From positions 1 through 64,000 of IMG/VR virus record IMGVR_UViG_3300021963_000062: a stretch of 64,000 nucleotides of DNA; one strand, given 5' to 3'. Below the pieces are notes generated by a model that did not search any database, was not told the origin of the DNA, and saw nothing but the letters and a program-made list of their open reading frames with translations. Below are positions 1 through 9,824 of this stretch, one piece after another. This DNA is from a virus. The translations under genes were made by a program, and so were the position numbers. Numbering within the stretch: position 1 is the stretch's first letter; each line of letters opens with the position of its first letter.

Positions 1-306
1 TTCTTCTTGTTGACTCTGAAATTTATTTGTAATGAATTGTTGAACGTTTTGATTTATACCTTGTACCTTACTTTCTACATTATTAAGAATATTTGTAGAA
101 AGAGTTTTAATTATTGATCCGAGATCAGGAACTTTTGGTGCAACCGCTGCAGCACCACGTTGGAACCCTACAATTTTATTTGCAGCTGAAGAAACAATAG
201 AAGTTCCTAGTGGAGAACCACCAGAAATAAAGTTCATTGCACCACCAATTGATGCAGGTCTTTCTGCAACTCCTACACTTGGATTAATTGCTGGTTTAAT
301 TGCCAC
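1..306 (-). CDS. Partial ORF running off the window edge; probable tail/baseplate-region structural protein
   Basis: GTG at 306-304 opens a frame (MAIKPAINPSVGVAERPASIGG...) with no stop before base 1; follows gp51. Confidence 0.55.
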   Translation of the reverse strand, partial: MAIKPAINPSVGVAERPASIGGAMNFISGGSPLGTSIVSSAANKIVGFQRGAAAVAPKVPDLGSIIKTLSTNILNNVESKVQGINQNVQQFITNKFQSQQEE

Positions 307-481
307 GATTTGCTGCCTGTTGTGCCTTTAAGTTTTCTTCTTCAATATGTTGTTTCAACAGAGTAAGATAGATATCTCTCTCCCAAGGCATTAAATTTTC
401 AATCTCAGTCAAAGAATATTTATGGAACTGCATGAGAGCAAAATTAATTCGAAAATATGACTCAAGATCAATATGAGCCAT
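296..481 (-). CDS. gp51: Baseplate hub assembly catalyst (cyanophage gp51-like)
   Basis: YFRINFALMQFHKYSLTEIENLMPWERDIY motif, directly downstream of gp26. Confidence 0.8.
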   Translation of the reverse strand: MAHIDLESYFRINFALMQFHKYSLTEIENLMPWERDIYLTLLKQHIEEENLKAQQAANRGN

Positions 482-483
482 AA

Positions 484-1212
484 TTAACCGAAAAAACTTG
501 TTAGTCCCTCCAGAGTCACTATATTTTCAACTTTTGTTTTGGGATTGATTACTTTAAATGTATGTGAAAGTTTTGGCATAGTTTCAAAGAATTGTTCAAT
601 TTTTTTGAACTGGTCGGCATTCATACTTTCAATAAATTCAATCAATTCTTTTTTAGTGCAATCGGAAGCTGCCCACGCTTCTTCGGAAGTAAAAATAGTT
701 TCAATACAAGATGAAATAATGTCAAATGACCTTTCAATAGTTGAAACAGATTCTTGAGTTGTAAAATCAAAATTATTTTTAATGAACTGATCTAAAGATG
801 GATACCGCATCTTAATAACGATTTGATCGTCAAGTCTTATTTCTGGTGTATGTTCTGGATCTTTTTGGACTTGGACTTCATCCACATATACCTTTACTGG
901 AACTTCAGTCTGATTATCATCGGAACATGTTACAACTAGATCAATAGCTTCACCAACAGATTTTCCACGAACATTCAAGAAAATATACTCAATATCAAAA
1001 GAAGGTAAATCCTCTACTTTAATTCCCTTAGTTAAAATACAATCTTTTAGAACAGATTTAATTGCTAAAGTAATTTGTTTTGTATCTTGACTTTCTAGAG
1101 CCAAGATTAAAACTTTTTCTTCTTTAACTAAAAATGGTCTGTATTTAATCGTTTTTCCTGTAGATGGCAACTCAAGTTCATAAGTTGGAGTCGCAATTTT
1201 TGGTAATGGCAT
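484..1212 (-). CDS. gp26: Baseplate hub subunit gp26
   Basis: MPLPKIATPTYELELPS..IKYRPFLVKEEK, FDIEYIFLNVRGKSVGE, LEGLTSFF. Confidence 0.9.
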   Translation of the reverse strand: MPLPKIATPTYELELPSTGKTIKYRPFLVKEEKVLILALESQDTKQITLAIKSVLKDCILTKGIKVEDLPSFDIEYIFLNVRGKSVGEAIDLVVTCSDDNQTEVPVKVYVDEVQVQKDPEHTPEIRLDDQIVIKMRYPSLDQFIKNNFDFTTQESVSTIERSFDIISSCIETIFTSEEAWAASDCTKKELIEFIESMNADQFKKIEQFFETMPKLSHTFKVINPKTKVENIVTLEGLTSFFG

Positions 1213-1249
1213 TGAATATTACAAAATCAGATAAAATTATTTAGAACGT

Positions 1250-2191
1250 TTAAAAAAGAAGGTCTGAGGTATCACCCCAACTATAACTGGGAGTTGCGAA
1301 TAACGAAGGTTCACTATTACTCTGTGCCCAATCTGGAAGAGTAGCAGAATTGTTTGTTGGTTGGGGTTGTTTGAATTCTGCAGAACCTGTTCCCTGATGA
1401 TTCAAAATAACATATCTGTCATAGTTAAAAGTAACTGTTGTTTTCGTGATAGTACTTCCTTCATAAGTAACTGGAAGTGCTGTTAATTGTGTTGGAAAAG
1501 CGTTAACAAAATAATATGTTAACATTGAAGGAGTTCTTACTACGTCCTTCATTGGGCTCATATGTGTGTCTCTTTCAAACTTTGTTACTGCTAAAGGTCT
1601 TTTATAAGTATTTGGATATCTAAATCTGAAGAATTCCCAATCATTAAACCTTTCAACTCCTCCTCTCGAAGTTCCTTTAGTAGCTCTTCCGTATTGATTA
1701 TAAAGTGGATTAATGAAGTTTAACCATTCTTCAAATAAACGAATAATCCCATATTCCGCATCAACATAAAATGTCATTGATATTTCTGGAAATTCTCTTC
1801 TATTTGGGAATTTTTCTACCATTCCTTGTCTACTCCCAGTTTCTTCAAACATGCTAAATGAAGAACCGGGAAGACTGGTTTCATTGCACATAAACTCATA
1901 ACGAAGGGAGTTTAAATTGGCATTATTTCCATTGAATAAATTTGAACCCAAAACTCCACAAGAAACTAACCACGCATTAATATCTGAATCTGATTTAGCT
2001 GTTGGATATGTATCACCCAAATATAAAGTAACCTTGAATTGACTGGTTACTGATAACTCGCCAAAAAGATCTTGTACACTAGGCAATCCAAATCGGTTGT
2101 CATTACTATCTCTAGGCAGAGTCATCCTTGCATAGATTGGATCAACTCTGTATGGATTAATTGGATAATCGTCTCTGAATGCCTCAGGCAT
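1250..2191 (-). CDS. Tail-tube-fold baseplate protein (gp54/gp19-like); start placed at MPEAF
   Basis: FMCNETSLPG, ISMTFYVD, LFEEW, NAFPTQL, TVTFNY are tail-tube/initiator motifs; the longer ORF call overlaps gp4. Confidence 0.7.
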   Translation of the reverse strand: MPEAFRDDYPINPYRVDPIYARMTLPRDSNDNRFGLPSVQDLFGELSVTSQFKVTLYLGDTYPTAKSDSDINAWLVSCGVLGSNLFNGNNANLNSLRYEFMCNETSLPGSSFSMFEETGSRQGMVEKFPNRREFPEISMTFYVDAEYGIIRLFEEWLNFINPLYNQYGRATKGTSRGGVERFNDWEFFRFRYPNTYKRPLAVTKFERDTHMSPMKDVVRTPSMLTYYFVNAFPTQLTALPVTYEGSTITKTTVTFNYDRYVILNHQGTGSAEFKQPQPTNNSATLPDWAQSNSEPSLFATPSYSWGDTSDLLF

Positions 2192-2226
2192 TTGATAAAT
2201 ATTTTTTAAGGATCTATAGTATGTAT

Positions 2227-2664
2227 ATGAGTTATAAGGGAAAGTTCCGTCCAGAAAACCCAAAAAAGTATAAAGGAGATCCCACAAACATCGTCTATCG
2301 TTCTTTGTGGGAACGCAAATTCATGAGATATTGTGATTTGAATGAGAATGTAAACCAATGGCAGTCTGAAGAGTTCTGGATTCCTTATCGTTCACCTCTT
2401 GATGGTAAAGTTCACAGATACTTTCCGGACTTCTTTGTAAGATATAAAGATAAAAACGGAAATACACGAACAGTAGTTATAGAAATAAAACCAAAAAAGG
2501 AAGTAGAGATGCCAGAACAGAATCCTAAAAGAAGGACTAAAGCTTGGGCATATAAAGTTCAAATGTGGGTGAAAAATCAAGCAAAGTGGGAAGCAGCAAG
2601 AGAATACTGTGCTGATCGTAACTATGAGTTCCGAATCATGACTGAGGAGGATCTGGGGATATGA
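2227..2664 (+). CDS. gp4: Head completion nuclease gp4 (TnsA-like)
   Basis: YKGKFRPENPKKYKGDPTNIVYRSLWE, HRYFPDF, IEIKPKK, NQAKWEAA. Confidence 0.92.
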   Translation: MSYKGKFRPENPKKYKGDPTNIVYRSLWERKFMRYCDLNENVNQWQSEEFWIPYRSPLDGKVHRYFPDFFVRYKDKNGNTRTVVIEIKPKKEVEMPEQNPKRRTKAWAYKVQMWVKNQAKWEAAREYCADRNYEFRIMTEEDLGI

Positions 2665-3188
2665 GTTTTGATGGAATATTCCAACCTGGAAAGGGGTTTG
2701 GATACGATTTAATCAAACAGACTAAAGGAAAGAATGTAAAGAGTGACTGGTATACTGGTCAACTCAGACAATATCTCGGTGAACTTGATCAATTTAATAT
2801 TAATGAGATTGATACGGGTGGAATAGAAGTTGGTAGACTATATTTCTTTATCTATGGAGCATCTAGTCCTGGACTTCAATTTTATGATACTCAACCTCTA
2901 GCGTATATTACTGAAGTAAATTATAACTTAGGATACTTTATAGGAACAAATTTGCATTATTTAAATAGAAAGTATCGTGAAGGAGTAGCAAAAGGCCTAA
3001 TAAATAATGGCAGTACCATAGGTATACCTCGAAATACTATTCATCGTTATTCTTTTTCCGGAGTTAGTGGAGGATTCTTAAGAGTTCCAGAAAAAGATTG
3101 GCCCTCCGTCGCATTATTGCCTACTGAAAAATTTGTTGATAATAGAGGACAACCTTTTCCGAATCATAAAGCCTGGAGCAAACCTTAA
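2661..3188 (+). CDS. gp2: DNA end protector protein gp2-like
   Basis: GRLYFFIY..YDTQPL..GTNLHYL; lies between gp4 and gp48. Confidence 0.65.
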   Translation: MSFDGIFQPGKGFGYDLIKQTKGKNVKSDWYTGQLRQYLGELDQFNINEIDTGGIEVGRLYFFIYGASSPGLQFYDTQPLAYITEVNYNLGYFIGTNLHYLNRKYREGVAKGLINNGSTIGIPRNTIHRYSFSGVSGGFLRVPEKDWPSVALLPTEKFVDNRGQPFPNHKAWSKP

Positions 3189-4646
3189 GTGGCATATTCC
3201 AACGTTACTCAGTCATTTATAACTAAGAACGGAGTCAATTACGATCTCCAGTATGAACCTTCTAGTGGAAAAGTCCAAATTATTCAACAGAACGCCCCTA
3301 CAGGAACAACTCCAATATATCAAGATGGTAATTGGAATGCATCTGCAACACAAATAGGTTTAACTACTCAAGATAAACAATCATTCCATAACAGTGTTCA
3401 AGAATTAATAAGAAATGCCCATGCAAAATCTGGTGGAAATGCAAAAGGATCCGTTCTTCCACAATTTGCACAATTACAGAATCAAGGAAAACCACCAGGA
3501 CAAACATCAATTACACCAGCAAATGGAACTGCGGTTACAAACAATGGAAGTGGTGGAGGATTGGGTAACGTATTGAATGCAGTTATAAATCCTGAAGAAG
3601 CGTTTAAAAATTTTTCTGTTAATGGAGATAAATTTGGAGTTGGAAATGAAAGTGATTTATTTGACGGAAAAAAGGTTTCTCTCATGTATCCAATCGACAT
3701 GCGTAGAGAAACTCAAGATAATTTTGTAATATCTCAATTTAGATATAAACCATCAAAAGCTGATGCTATTTTTGGTGGTACTGATGTTGCAAAACAAATT
3801 TTAGGAGGTGGATTGCAACAAAGTTCGAATTATAATTTAGAACAACTTATTGGTACTGTATATTTGCCGATGCCTAATGGTGTTCGTGATTCGAATGCGG
3901 TGAATTGGGGGGAGGATGCAATGAATAACCTTGCTGCGGCATCTGCAGCAAATACAACTCAAAATATGGTCGGTGCAGGCGCAGCAGCAGCTGCAGGAAG
4001 TTTACTTGGAGTAGGAGCAGATAAAGCTTTGGCTGCAAAAAATTTCATGGATCTAATGTCAAATCAAGCAGTTAGTCAAGAATTATCCCTTATGCTTGGA
4101 TCTGGGGCAGCATCCAAACTGTTAAAATTGCAAGGATTTGGAGTTGAAACTGAGTCTTTACTTGCAAGAGGTGCAGGAATTGTACCTAATTCAAACCTAG
4201 AATTACTTTTTAATTCTCCGACTCTCAGACAATTTAATTTTACTTATAGATTATCTCCAAGAAGTCATAAAGAATCGGAAACCATAAGGAGAATCATAAG
4301 ATTTTTTAAACAAGGTATGGCTGCTAAGAAAGTAAAAGGAAAAGCAGGTCAAGCCTCTTTTTTCTTAGGCACTCCGAATGTTTTTAGGTTAGAATACAGA
4401 ACAGGAAAAAATTCTTTAATTGATGGTGTAAATAAATTCAAAACCTGTGCTTTAACAGGATTCCAATGTGATTACACTCCAGACGGTTTTTGGGCAGCAT
4501 ATGATGCAGGCCAACCATTATCTGTCACAATGACGATGATGTTCTACGAGTTAGAACCAATATATGATACAGATTATCAAAATAACAATATTTTCGATGG
4601 TCGAGTGGATCTATTCTCAGTTAGCGATAATGCAGTAGGATACTAA
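3189..4646 (+). CDS. gp48: Baseplate tail-tube cap gp48
   Basis: VYLPMP, NSNLELLFNSPTLRQFNFTYRLSPRS..IIRFFKQGMA, KFKTCAL..DYTPDG, FYELEPIY. Confidence 0.88.
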   Translation: MAYSNVTQSFITKNGVNYDLQYEPSSGKVQIIQQNAPTGTTPIYQDGNWNASATQIGLTTQDKQSFHNSVQELIRNAHAKSGGNAKGSVLPQFAQLQNQGKPPGQTSITPANGTAVTNNGSGGGLGNVLNAVINPEEAFKNFSVNGDKFGVGNESDLFDGKKVSLMYPIDMRRETQDNFVISQFRYKPSKADAIFGGTDVAKQILGGGLQQSSNYNLEQLIGTVYLPMPNGVRDSNAVNWGEDAMNNLAAASAANTTQNMVGAGAAAAAGSLLGVGADKALAAKNFMDLMSNQAVSQELSLMLGSGAASKLLKLQGFGVETESLLARGAGIVPNSNLELLFNSPTLRQFNFTYRLSPRSHKESETIRRIIRFFKQGMAAKKVKGKAGQASFFLGTPNVFRLEYRTGKNSLIDGVNKFKTCALTGFQCDYTPDGFWAAYDAGQPLSVTMTMMFYELEPIYDTDYQNNNIFDGRVDLFSVSDNAVGY

Positions 4647-4647
4647 A

Positions 4648-6981
4648 ATGGGATACTTCAGAGAACTACCAAATTTACAAGTTCTGAATAGAACAAAAAA
4701 TAATGTTTCTAATGATGAAGTTGTAATAATTAAAAATATATTTAAAAAACCAAAAATTCGTGAAGATTTTTTGTCAATATTTTCTGCATTTGAATATTAC
4801 TCAATTACTGATAATGAAAGACCTGAACAAATTGCGGAAAAAGTATATGGTGACCCCGAATTGGATTGGGTAATCTTAATTACTAATAATATTACAAACG
4901 TTCAAGAACAATGGCCTTTGGATCTGGATTCATTTAACAGATATATGTTAGATAAGTATGGATCCGAAGAAGCATTTTCAAATATTAAACACTATGAAAC
5001 TTTAGCGGTTAAAGACGCTTTCAACAGAGAAGTATTCCCTGCAGGTTTAATCGTAGATGAAGCTTTTTATAATGCACCAGAGTTCGAAAGTTTAGAAGAA
5101 TTGCCTCCTGGAATAACATTTCCTCCAATTTATATTCCGGGAACTCAAGCTTCAGCTACGGCTTCAATTGGTGCAGGTCAATCGATTGCTAATATCAATA
5201 TAACTAATAGTGGAGCTGGATATCAACAAACGCCCAGAGTGTTTATTTCATCACCTCCATTTACTGCAAATGCTTCTGCAAGTTGTTTTATCAATAATTT
5301 TAATGTTTCATCTATAGTCAATCTTGATGGTGGTCAAGGATACAATTCCGCACCTAATGTTTCAATATCAACTGCGCCACAATCAGTCCAAGCTACTGCT
5401 TCTTGTGGACTTGGTACAGGTATTTTCTATGATAAAGTAATTTCTATCTTAGACATACAAGGTGGATCTGGATATGGACTGACTGCTCCAACTGTTACTT
5501 TTACTCCTCCTCCAAATATTATTCAAGGATCTTACTTAAATCAATCTTCTGGATCTGCTGGAAATCAAATAGAAGGATTTTATCTTCGACAAGATGGAGT
5601 AAAATTATATACGGCTAGTATATTTGGAGCAAATCAAATTAAAGAATATAGTTTTCTTGATCCATGGAATGTTACGACAGTTATATTTGAAAAAGAAATC
5701 GACGTAAGTGTAGAGTTTAGTTATTGCACTGGAATTGAGTTTAGTCCAGATGGTTCTAAAATGTATATTACTGGAGGTCAGGGTGGATCTTATAAACTGA
5801 TATCTTATCAACTTTCTACACCATGGGACATATACACTGCAGCAAAATGGCATGAAGTTTCTACAACAAATCCTGGGGGGATTAGATTTAAACCAGATGG
5901 AACAATGTATTATTTCCTTGAGGCTGAAAATCCTGACGTAATTAAACAATATTCTTTATCAAGTCCTTGGAATTTAACTACAAGATCTGGATCTCCAGTA
6001 GGTACATATAACATAACTACGGTTTCTGGAGAAAATAGAATGTTAGGAATATCATTCTTAACTGATGGAACCAAAATGTTTGCTACGGGTGAAGATAATT
6101 CTAGTATATTTGAATTTACTTTTGATACTCCTTGGGATATTACAACTCTTAATTACTCTCTTTCATTTTATGTTGGAGATAAAATAACAAATCCCGTAGA
6201 TGTTTTTATACGATCTGACAAAGAAAAATTCATTGTTGGTGGTGGAGTTGGAGATAAAATGTATGAGTACACTATTGTATCTTTGGCAAAAGGATTTTCT
6301 ACAGTACTAAATGGTTCTGTAAATTCAATTCAAATTACTCAGTCTGGAGTAGGTTATACTGTCGCTCCAACTATCACTCTTAGCTCACCATATCCAGCAG
6401 TAAATGCTACAGCAGTTGCAAACGTATCTGGAGGAATTGTTACCAGTATTTCAATTACTAACGCTGGTTTTGGATATACTATTGCACCATCACTTACCAT
6501 AGATCCCGCTCCAGTTTCTAGACAAGCATCTGCAATAGCTTCTATATCAAATTCTGGAATTTCATCCATTCGTATTCTTGATGGAGGATTAAATTATGTC
6601 AATGCAATTTCTATAACTATTGATCCACCTGAAGATATTTTAAATGTGGTGGAAGGTCAAATTTATAGTCAAAATCAAAAAATGTGGAAGTGGTTTGGTA
6701 CAGAGTGGAAAGAACAAGTAACAGACGAATTCAAATATTTGGATCCAACTATCAATACTCTTGTTAAAATTCCTGGGAATGCAATGTCAAAACCAGTTAC
6801 AAACTATGAATATGAAGTTAATATTAATGAGAAAAAAAGACAGATTTTAATTTTAAAACCACAATATTTGTCAACATTAATTCAAGACCTAAGAAATATG
6901 ATGAAATATGATCCAGAAATGAAAGATTATATCTCGGATAATTTGAAGTCTACATATAATGAGAAACTATTTGGAGTTTAA
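4648..6981 (+). CDS. gp53: Baseplate wedge gp53 with an insert of about 500 aa (repeats plus beta-propeller)
   Basis: N-term YFRELPN..RPEQIAEKVYGDPELDWVILITNNI and C-term VTNYEYE..NEKKRQILILKPQYL flank GxGY repeats and YxLSTPWDI repeats. Confidence 0.85.
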   Translation: MGYFRELPNLQVLNRTKNNVSNDEVVIIKNIFKKPKIREDFLSIFSAFEYYSITDNERPEQIAEKVYGDPELDWVILITNNITNVQEQWPLDLDSFNRYMLDKYGSEEAFSNIKHYETLAVKDAFNREVFPAGLIVDEAFYNAPEFESLEELPPGITFPPIYIPGTQASATASIGAGQSIANINITNSGAGYQQTPRVFISSPPFTANASASCFINNFNVSSIVNLDGGQGYNSAPNVSISTAPQSVQATASCGLGTGIFYDKVISILDIQGGSGYGLTAPTVTFTPPPNIIQGSYLNQSSGSAGNQIEGFYLRQDGVKLYTASIFGANQIKEYSFLDPWNVTTVIFEKEIDVSVEFSYCTGIEFSPDGSKMYITGGQGGSYKLISYQLSTPWDIYTAAKWHEVSTTNPGGIRFKPDGTMYYFLEAENPDVIKQYSLSSPWNLTTRSGSPVGTYNITTVSGENRMLGISFLTDGTKMFATGEDNSSIFEFTFDTPWDITTLNYSLSFYVGDKITNPVDVFIRSDKEKFIVGGGVGDKMYEYTIVSLAKGFSTVLNGSVNSIQITQSGVGYTVAPTITLSSPYPAVNATAVANVSGGIVTSISITNAGFGYTIAPSLTIDPAPVSRQASAIASISNSGISSIRILDGGLNYVNAISITIDPPEDILNVVEGQIYSQNQKMWKWFGTEWKEQVTDEFKYLDPTINTLVKIPGNAMSKPVTNYEYEVNINEKKRQILILKPQYLSTLIQDLRNMMKYDPEMKDYISDNLKSTYNEKLFGV

Positions 6982-6984
6982 TAA

Positions 6985-7266
6985 ATGAGTCATGTGAAAG
7001 TTTTGTTCATTGCCAAGATAAAAAATTTGAATAAAGAATATGAAGAATATAATGAGAGTTTATTTAGTAGTGCTAAACATTTACCAGGGTTTTTGGGGAT
7101 ATCTAGTGAACAACTTGACGATATTGAAATTACCACTAGTATGTGGAAAAGTAAAGAAGACGTAATAAATTGGGCGAAAGATCCTGAGCATATCGAAGCC
7201 AAAAAAAGAGTCCATGAGTGGTATCATTGGGTAAAAGGAATTCATTTGGAATGTGTAGATGATTGA
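6985..7266 (+). CDS. Antibiotic-biosynthesis-monooxygenase (ABM)-like small protein
   Basis: PGFLG..ITTSMWKSKEDVINWAKDPEHIEA..WY pattern. Confidence 0.65.
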   Translation: MSHVKVLFIAKIKNLNKEYEEYNESLFSSAKHLPGFLGISSEQLDDIEITTSMWKSKEDVINWAKDPEHIEAKKRVHEWYHWVKGIHLECVDD

Positions 7267-8527
7267 TACAAACAAAATTGATGGAAATAAAAAAGTTTTT
7301 TGTGTTGCACCATGGTTAAGTTTAAATATTAATCAAAATGGAAATATTCAACCATGTTGTAATAATGATACTGTTTTTGGTAATATTTTAAAATCCAATC
7401 TAGAAGAAGTTTGGAATGGTGACTCCATAAAAAACTTTAGAAAATATATGATTGAACAGGTTCCACAAAAATCGTGTCAATCTTGTTATGAAAAAGAATT
7501 ATCTGGACAAAAATCTCTTAGGGAAATTTTAAATGAAAATCTTTTAGATGATGGATTCGAATTTATTTCAGATACCAACGACGATTATTCAGTAAATGAA
7601 TTTGGATTTATTCACTGGGATGTAAAACTAGGCAATAAATGCAACTTTAAATGTAGGACATGTTGCCCTGGTTCTAGCTCAAGTATTGAATTTGAGACTT
7701 ATGGAAAACTATCTGGACTTTTTGATGCATCTACTATAAGTTTTGATAGGATTAAACCACATTTAAATAAAGTAAATCACTTATATTTTTCTGGTGGAGA
7801 ACCGTTATTAATAGAAGAACATTATCAAATTCTTTTTTTATTGATTAAACTTGGAAAAAATAAACAATCAAATTTCTATCTTACATACAACACTAATTTT
7901 AGTACTTTAACATATAAAAAATTTCATATTTTTGATCTTTGGAATTTGTTTAAGTATGTTCAGATACACATTAGTGTAGATGGTGTAGGTGAAAGGGGAG
8001 AATTAATACGAAATGGATTTAAATGGGATAAATTTATTTCCAACGTAAATGAATTTAATGAAAAATTTAAGGATAAATTCAATACGCATCAACTTTATTT
8101 TGATTGCACTGTACAGGCCTTGAATATTTTTGATGTTGTTACTTTACACCAAACTCTTTTTAATGATGGATTGTTAAAAGATATAGACAACTTTCATTTA
8201 AATTATTTGCATGGGCCTAGAAATCTTTCTGTTTGGTTGTTAGATAAAGAGACAAAAGAAGAAGCAAAGAAAAATATAAAAAATCATATTGAAACTTTCT
8301 TAATTCCAAATAACGCAAAAGATACTGTACGTTCATTTGAGGGTTTAATTAAATTTATTGACCTATATCAAGATCAACAATTGATATCCGATTTCGTAAG
8401 TACTATGACAAATCTAGACAGGAAAAGAGGAGAGGATATATTTAAGACTTTTCCAGAATTGAAAAAAACTTGGATTTTATATTTAAAGACAAAAAAAAAA
8501 TCTCTCATCGAAATGAGAGATTTATGA
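7259..8527 (+). CDS. Radical SAM protein with N-terminal SPASM/twitch domain
   Basis: FCVAPW..QPCC..CQSC; CNFKCRTC; YFSGGEPL; YNTN; ISVDG. Confidence 0.85.
   Translation: MIDTNKIDGNKKVFCVAPWLSLNINQNGNIQPCCNNDTVFGNILKSNLEEVWNGDSIKNFRKYMIEQVPQKSCQSCYEKELSGQKSLREILNENLLDDGFEFISDTNDDYSVNEFGFIHWDVKLGNKCNFKCRTCCPGSSSSIEFETYGKLSGLFDASTISFDRIKPHLNKVNHLYFSGGEPLLIEEHYQILFLLIKLGKNKQSNFYLTYNTNFSTLTYKKFHIFDLWNLFKYVQIHISVDGVGERGELIRNGFKWDKFISNVNEFNEKFKDKFNTHQLYFDCTVQALNIFDVVTLHQTLFNDGLLKDIDNFHLNYLHGPRNLSVWLLDKETKEEAKKNIKNHIETFLIPNNAKDTVRSFEGLIKFIDLYQDQQLISDFVSTMTNLDRKRGEDIFKTFPELKKTWILYLKTKKKSLIEMRDL
8491..8523 (-). terminator. Intrinsic terminator downstream of gp32, possibly bidirectional
   Basis: AAATCTCTCAT-CGAA-ATGAGAGATTT hairpin with a 10-nt A/U tract where the genes converge. 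Confidence 0.75.
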
Positions 8528-8534
8528 TCAGAGA

Positions 8535-9467
8535 TCAGGACTCAGCGAGTCGTTGGAAGTAACTCAGTGCATCATCTGCATCCTCATCTTCTTCCTCATC
8601 ACGAGCAACGGGTTTGGAGATCTCAAAGGAAGGAGTAGAACGTTTCGCAGAGAAATCACCACGACGTTCAGCTTCCCACTGTTCATCTTCTTCAACCGTC
8701 TCAGGATCTTGACGTTGGGGAGCGGGTTTTGCACCCAGAACGTAGTCAAGACGCTTCTTCAGTTCATCATAAGTCTTGAAGTTAGATGTAGCACTGAACT
8801 CATTCAGATCGTTCAGATTCTTGTAGATACGTTCCAGTTTGTCATCATCATCCAGAAGGGCATTAGGACGATCAAACTCGGACTTATCATAGTTCCAGTA
8901 ACCTTCAACCTTGCGAATCTTCAGTTTGAAGTTAGCACCAGTCCAGAAGTCAAAAGGATTGATAGCTTCTTCATCTGCAAACTGAGGTTGCATTGCTTCG
9001 GTGATCTTGTCATAGATCTTCTTACCGAACTTGTACAGGAACACACGACCCTCGTTCTCGGGGTGTGCGGGATCACTCACCACATAGATGTTAGCGTAAT
9101 AGGAGAGTTTGCGTTTCTGTTTCCGAGCAATCTCCTTGTCACGATCAGAACCACTGTTCCACAGAACACGATTGTGTTCAGAGACAGGATCCTTCTGACC
9201 GAGAGTAGTCAGGGAGTTCTCAATATACCAACCACCAGGGCCTTGGAACGCATGGCTCCAGACTTGTGCCCAGGGAAGTTCACATCCTTCAGGCGCAGGA
9301 AGGAATCGGATCACTGCATAACCGTTACCAGCCTTGTCAACTTCAGGCTTCCAGAAACGTTCATCAGCTCCACCACCTTCACCACTATTCAGTTTTTCTA
9401 CTTTCTTGATCAGTTTTTCAGTCAACGAACCAGCACGGGACTGTTTCTTGAGATCAGCAAAAGACAT
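8535..9467 (-). CDS. gp32: Single-stranded DNA-binding protein gp32
   Basis: DERFWKPEVDKAGNGYAVIRFLP, WYIENSLTT, FLYKFGKKI, acidic tail ending YFQRLAE. Confidence 0.97.
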   Translation of the reverse strand: MSFADLKKQSRAGSLTEKLIKKVEKLNSGEGGGADERFWKPEVDKAGNGYAVIRFLPAPEGCELPWAQVWSHAFQGPGGWYIENSLTTLGQKDPVSEHNRVLWNSGSDRDKEIARKQKRKLSYYANIYVVSDPAHPENEGRVFLYKFGKKIYDKITEAMQPQFADEEAINPFDFWTGANFKLKIRKVEGYWNYDKSEFDRPNALLDDDDKLERIYKNLNDLNEFSATSNFKTYDELKKRLDYVLGAKPAPQRQDPETVEEDEQWEAERRGDFSAKRSTPSFEISKPVARDEEEDEDADDALSYFQRLAES

Positions 9468-9512
9468 TTGTATTTCTCCGTATTGAGTGTATTTGGCCTT
9501 TGGGACGACTTT

Positions 9513-9541
9513 ATCATACAGGACGCATGAATGGTTGTCAA
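9513..9541 (-). promoter_or_regulatory. Sigma70-type promoter of gp32
   Basis: TTGACA-17 nt-TATGAT. Confidence 0.7.
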
Positions 9542-9553
9542 GCCACAGGTTAT

Positions 9554-9823
9554 TCAGTCTTTGGGGAGTTCCTCGGGGTTCTCCAGTGCCACTTCAAAGA
9601 GAAGTGGGTGACACATTTCATCAATCAAATAATTTGACCAACGATACATGTCTTCGGAAGTGTAACTATAATGATCCTCAGCTTCCATTTGTATGTATGG
9701 ATCCTGTTGCATTATTAATGGAATGTCATCAAAGGTAAATGGTATTCCATTAATGAAATACATATCTACAATCTCACCATTATGGTAACAATAAGCTGAG
9801 GTGATCTTGTAGTTGTACGACAT
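9554..9823 (-). CDS. Conserved cyanophage hypothetical protein
   Basis: Full ORF in the gp59-gp32 operon; MYFINGIPFTFD. Confidence 0.7.
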   Translation of the reverse strand: MSYNYKITSAYCYHNGEIVDMYFINGIPFTFDDIPLIMQQDPYIQMEAEDHYSYTSEDMYRWSNYLIDEMCHPLLFEVALENPEELPKD

Positions 9824-9824
9824 C

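Noticed and set aside
2192-2287. Extended N-termini of the ORF calls 1250-2287 and 2179-2664
   Set aside because: They would overlap head to head; starts at 2191 (-) and 2227 (+) leave a short divergent gap containing an ATAAATA element
8553-9530. 325-aa plus-strand ORF antisense to gp32
   Set aside because: It mirrors a highly biased, conserved gene and has no recognisable motifs; typical antisense shadow
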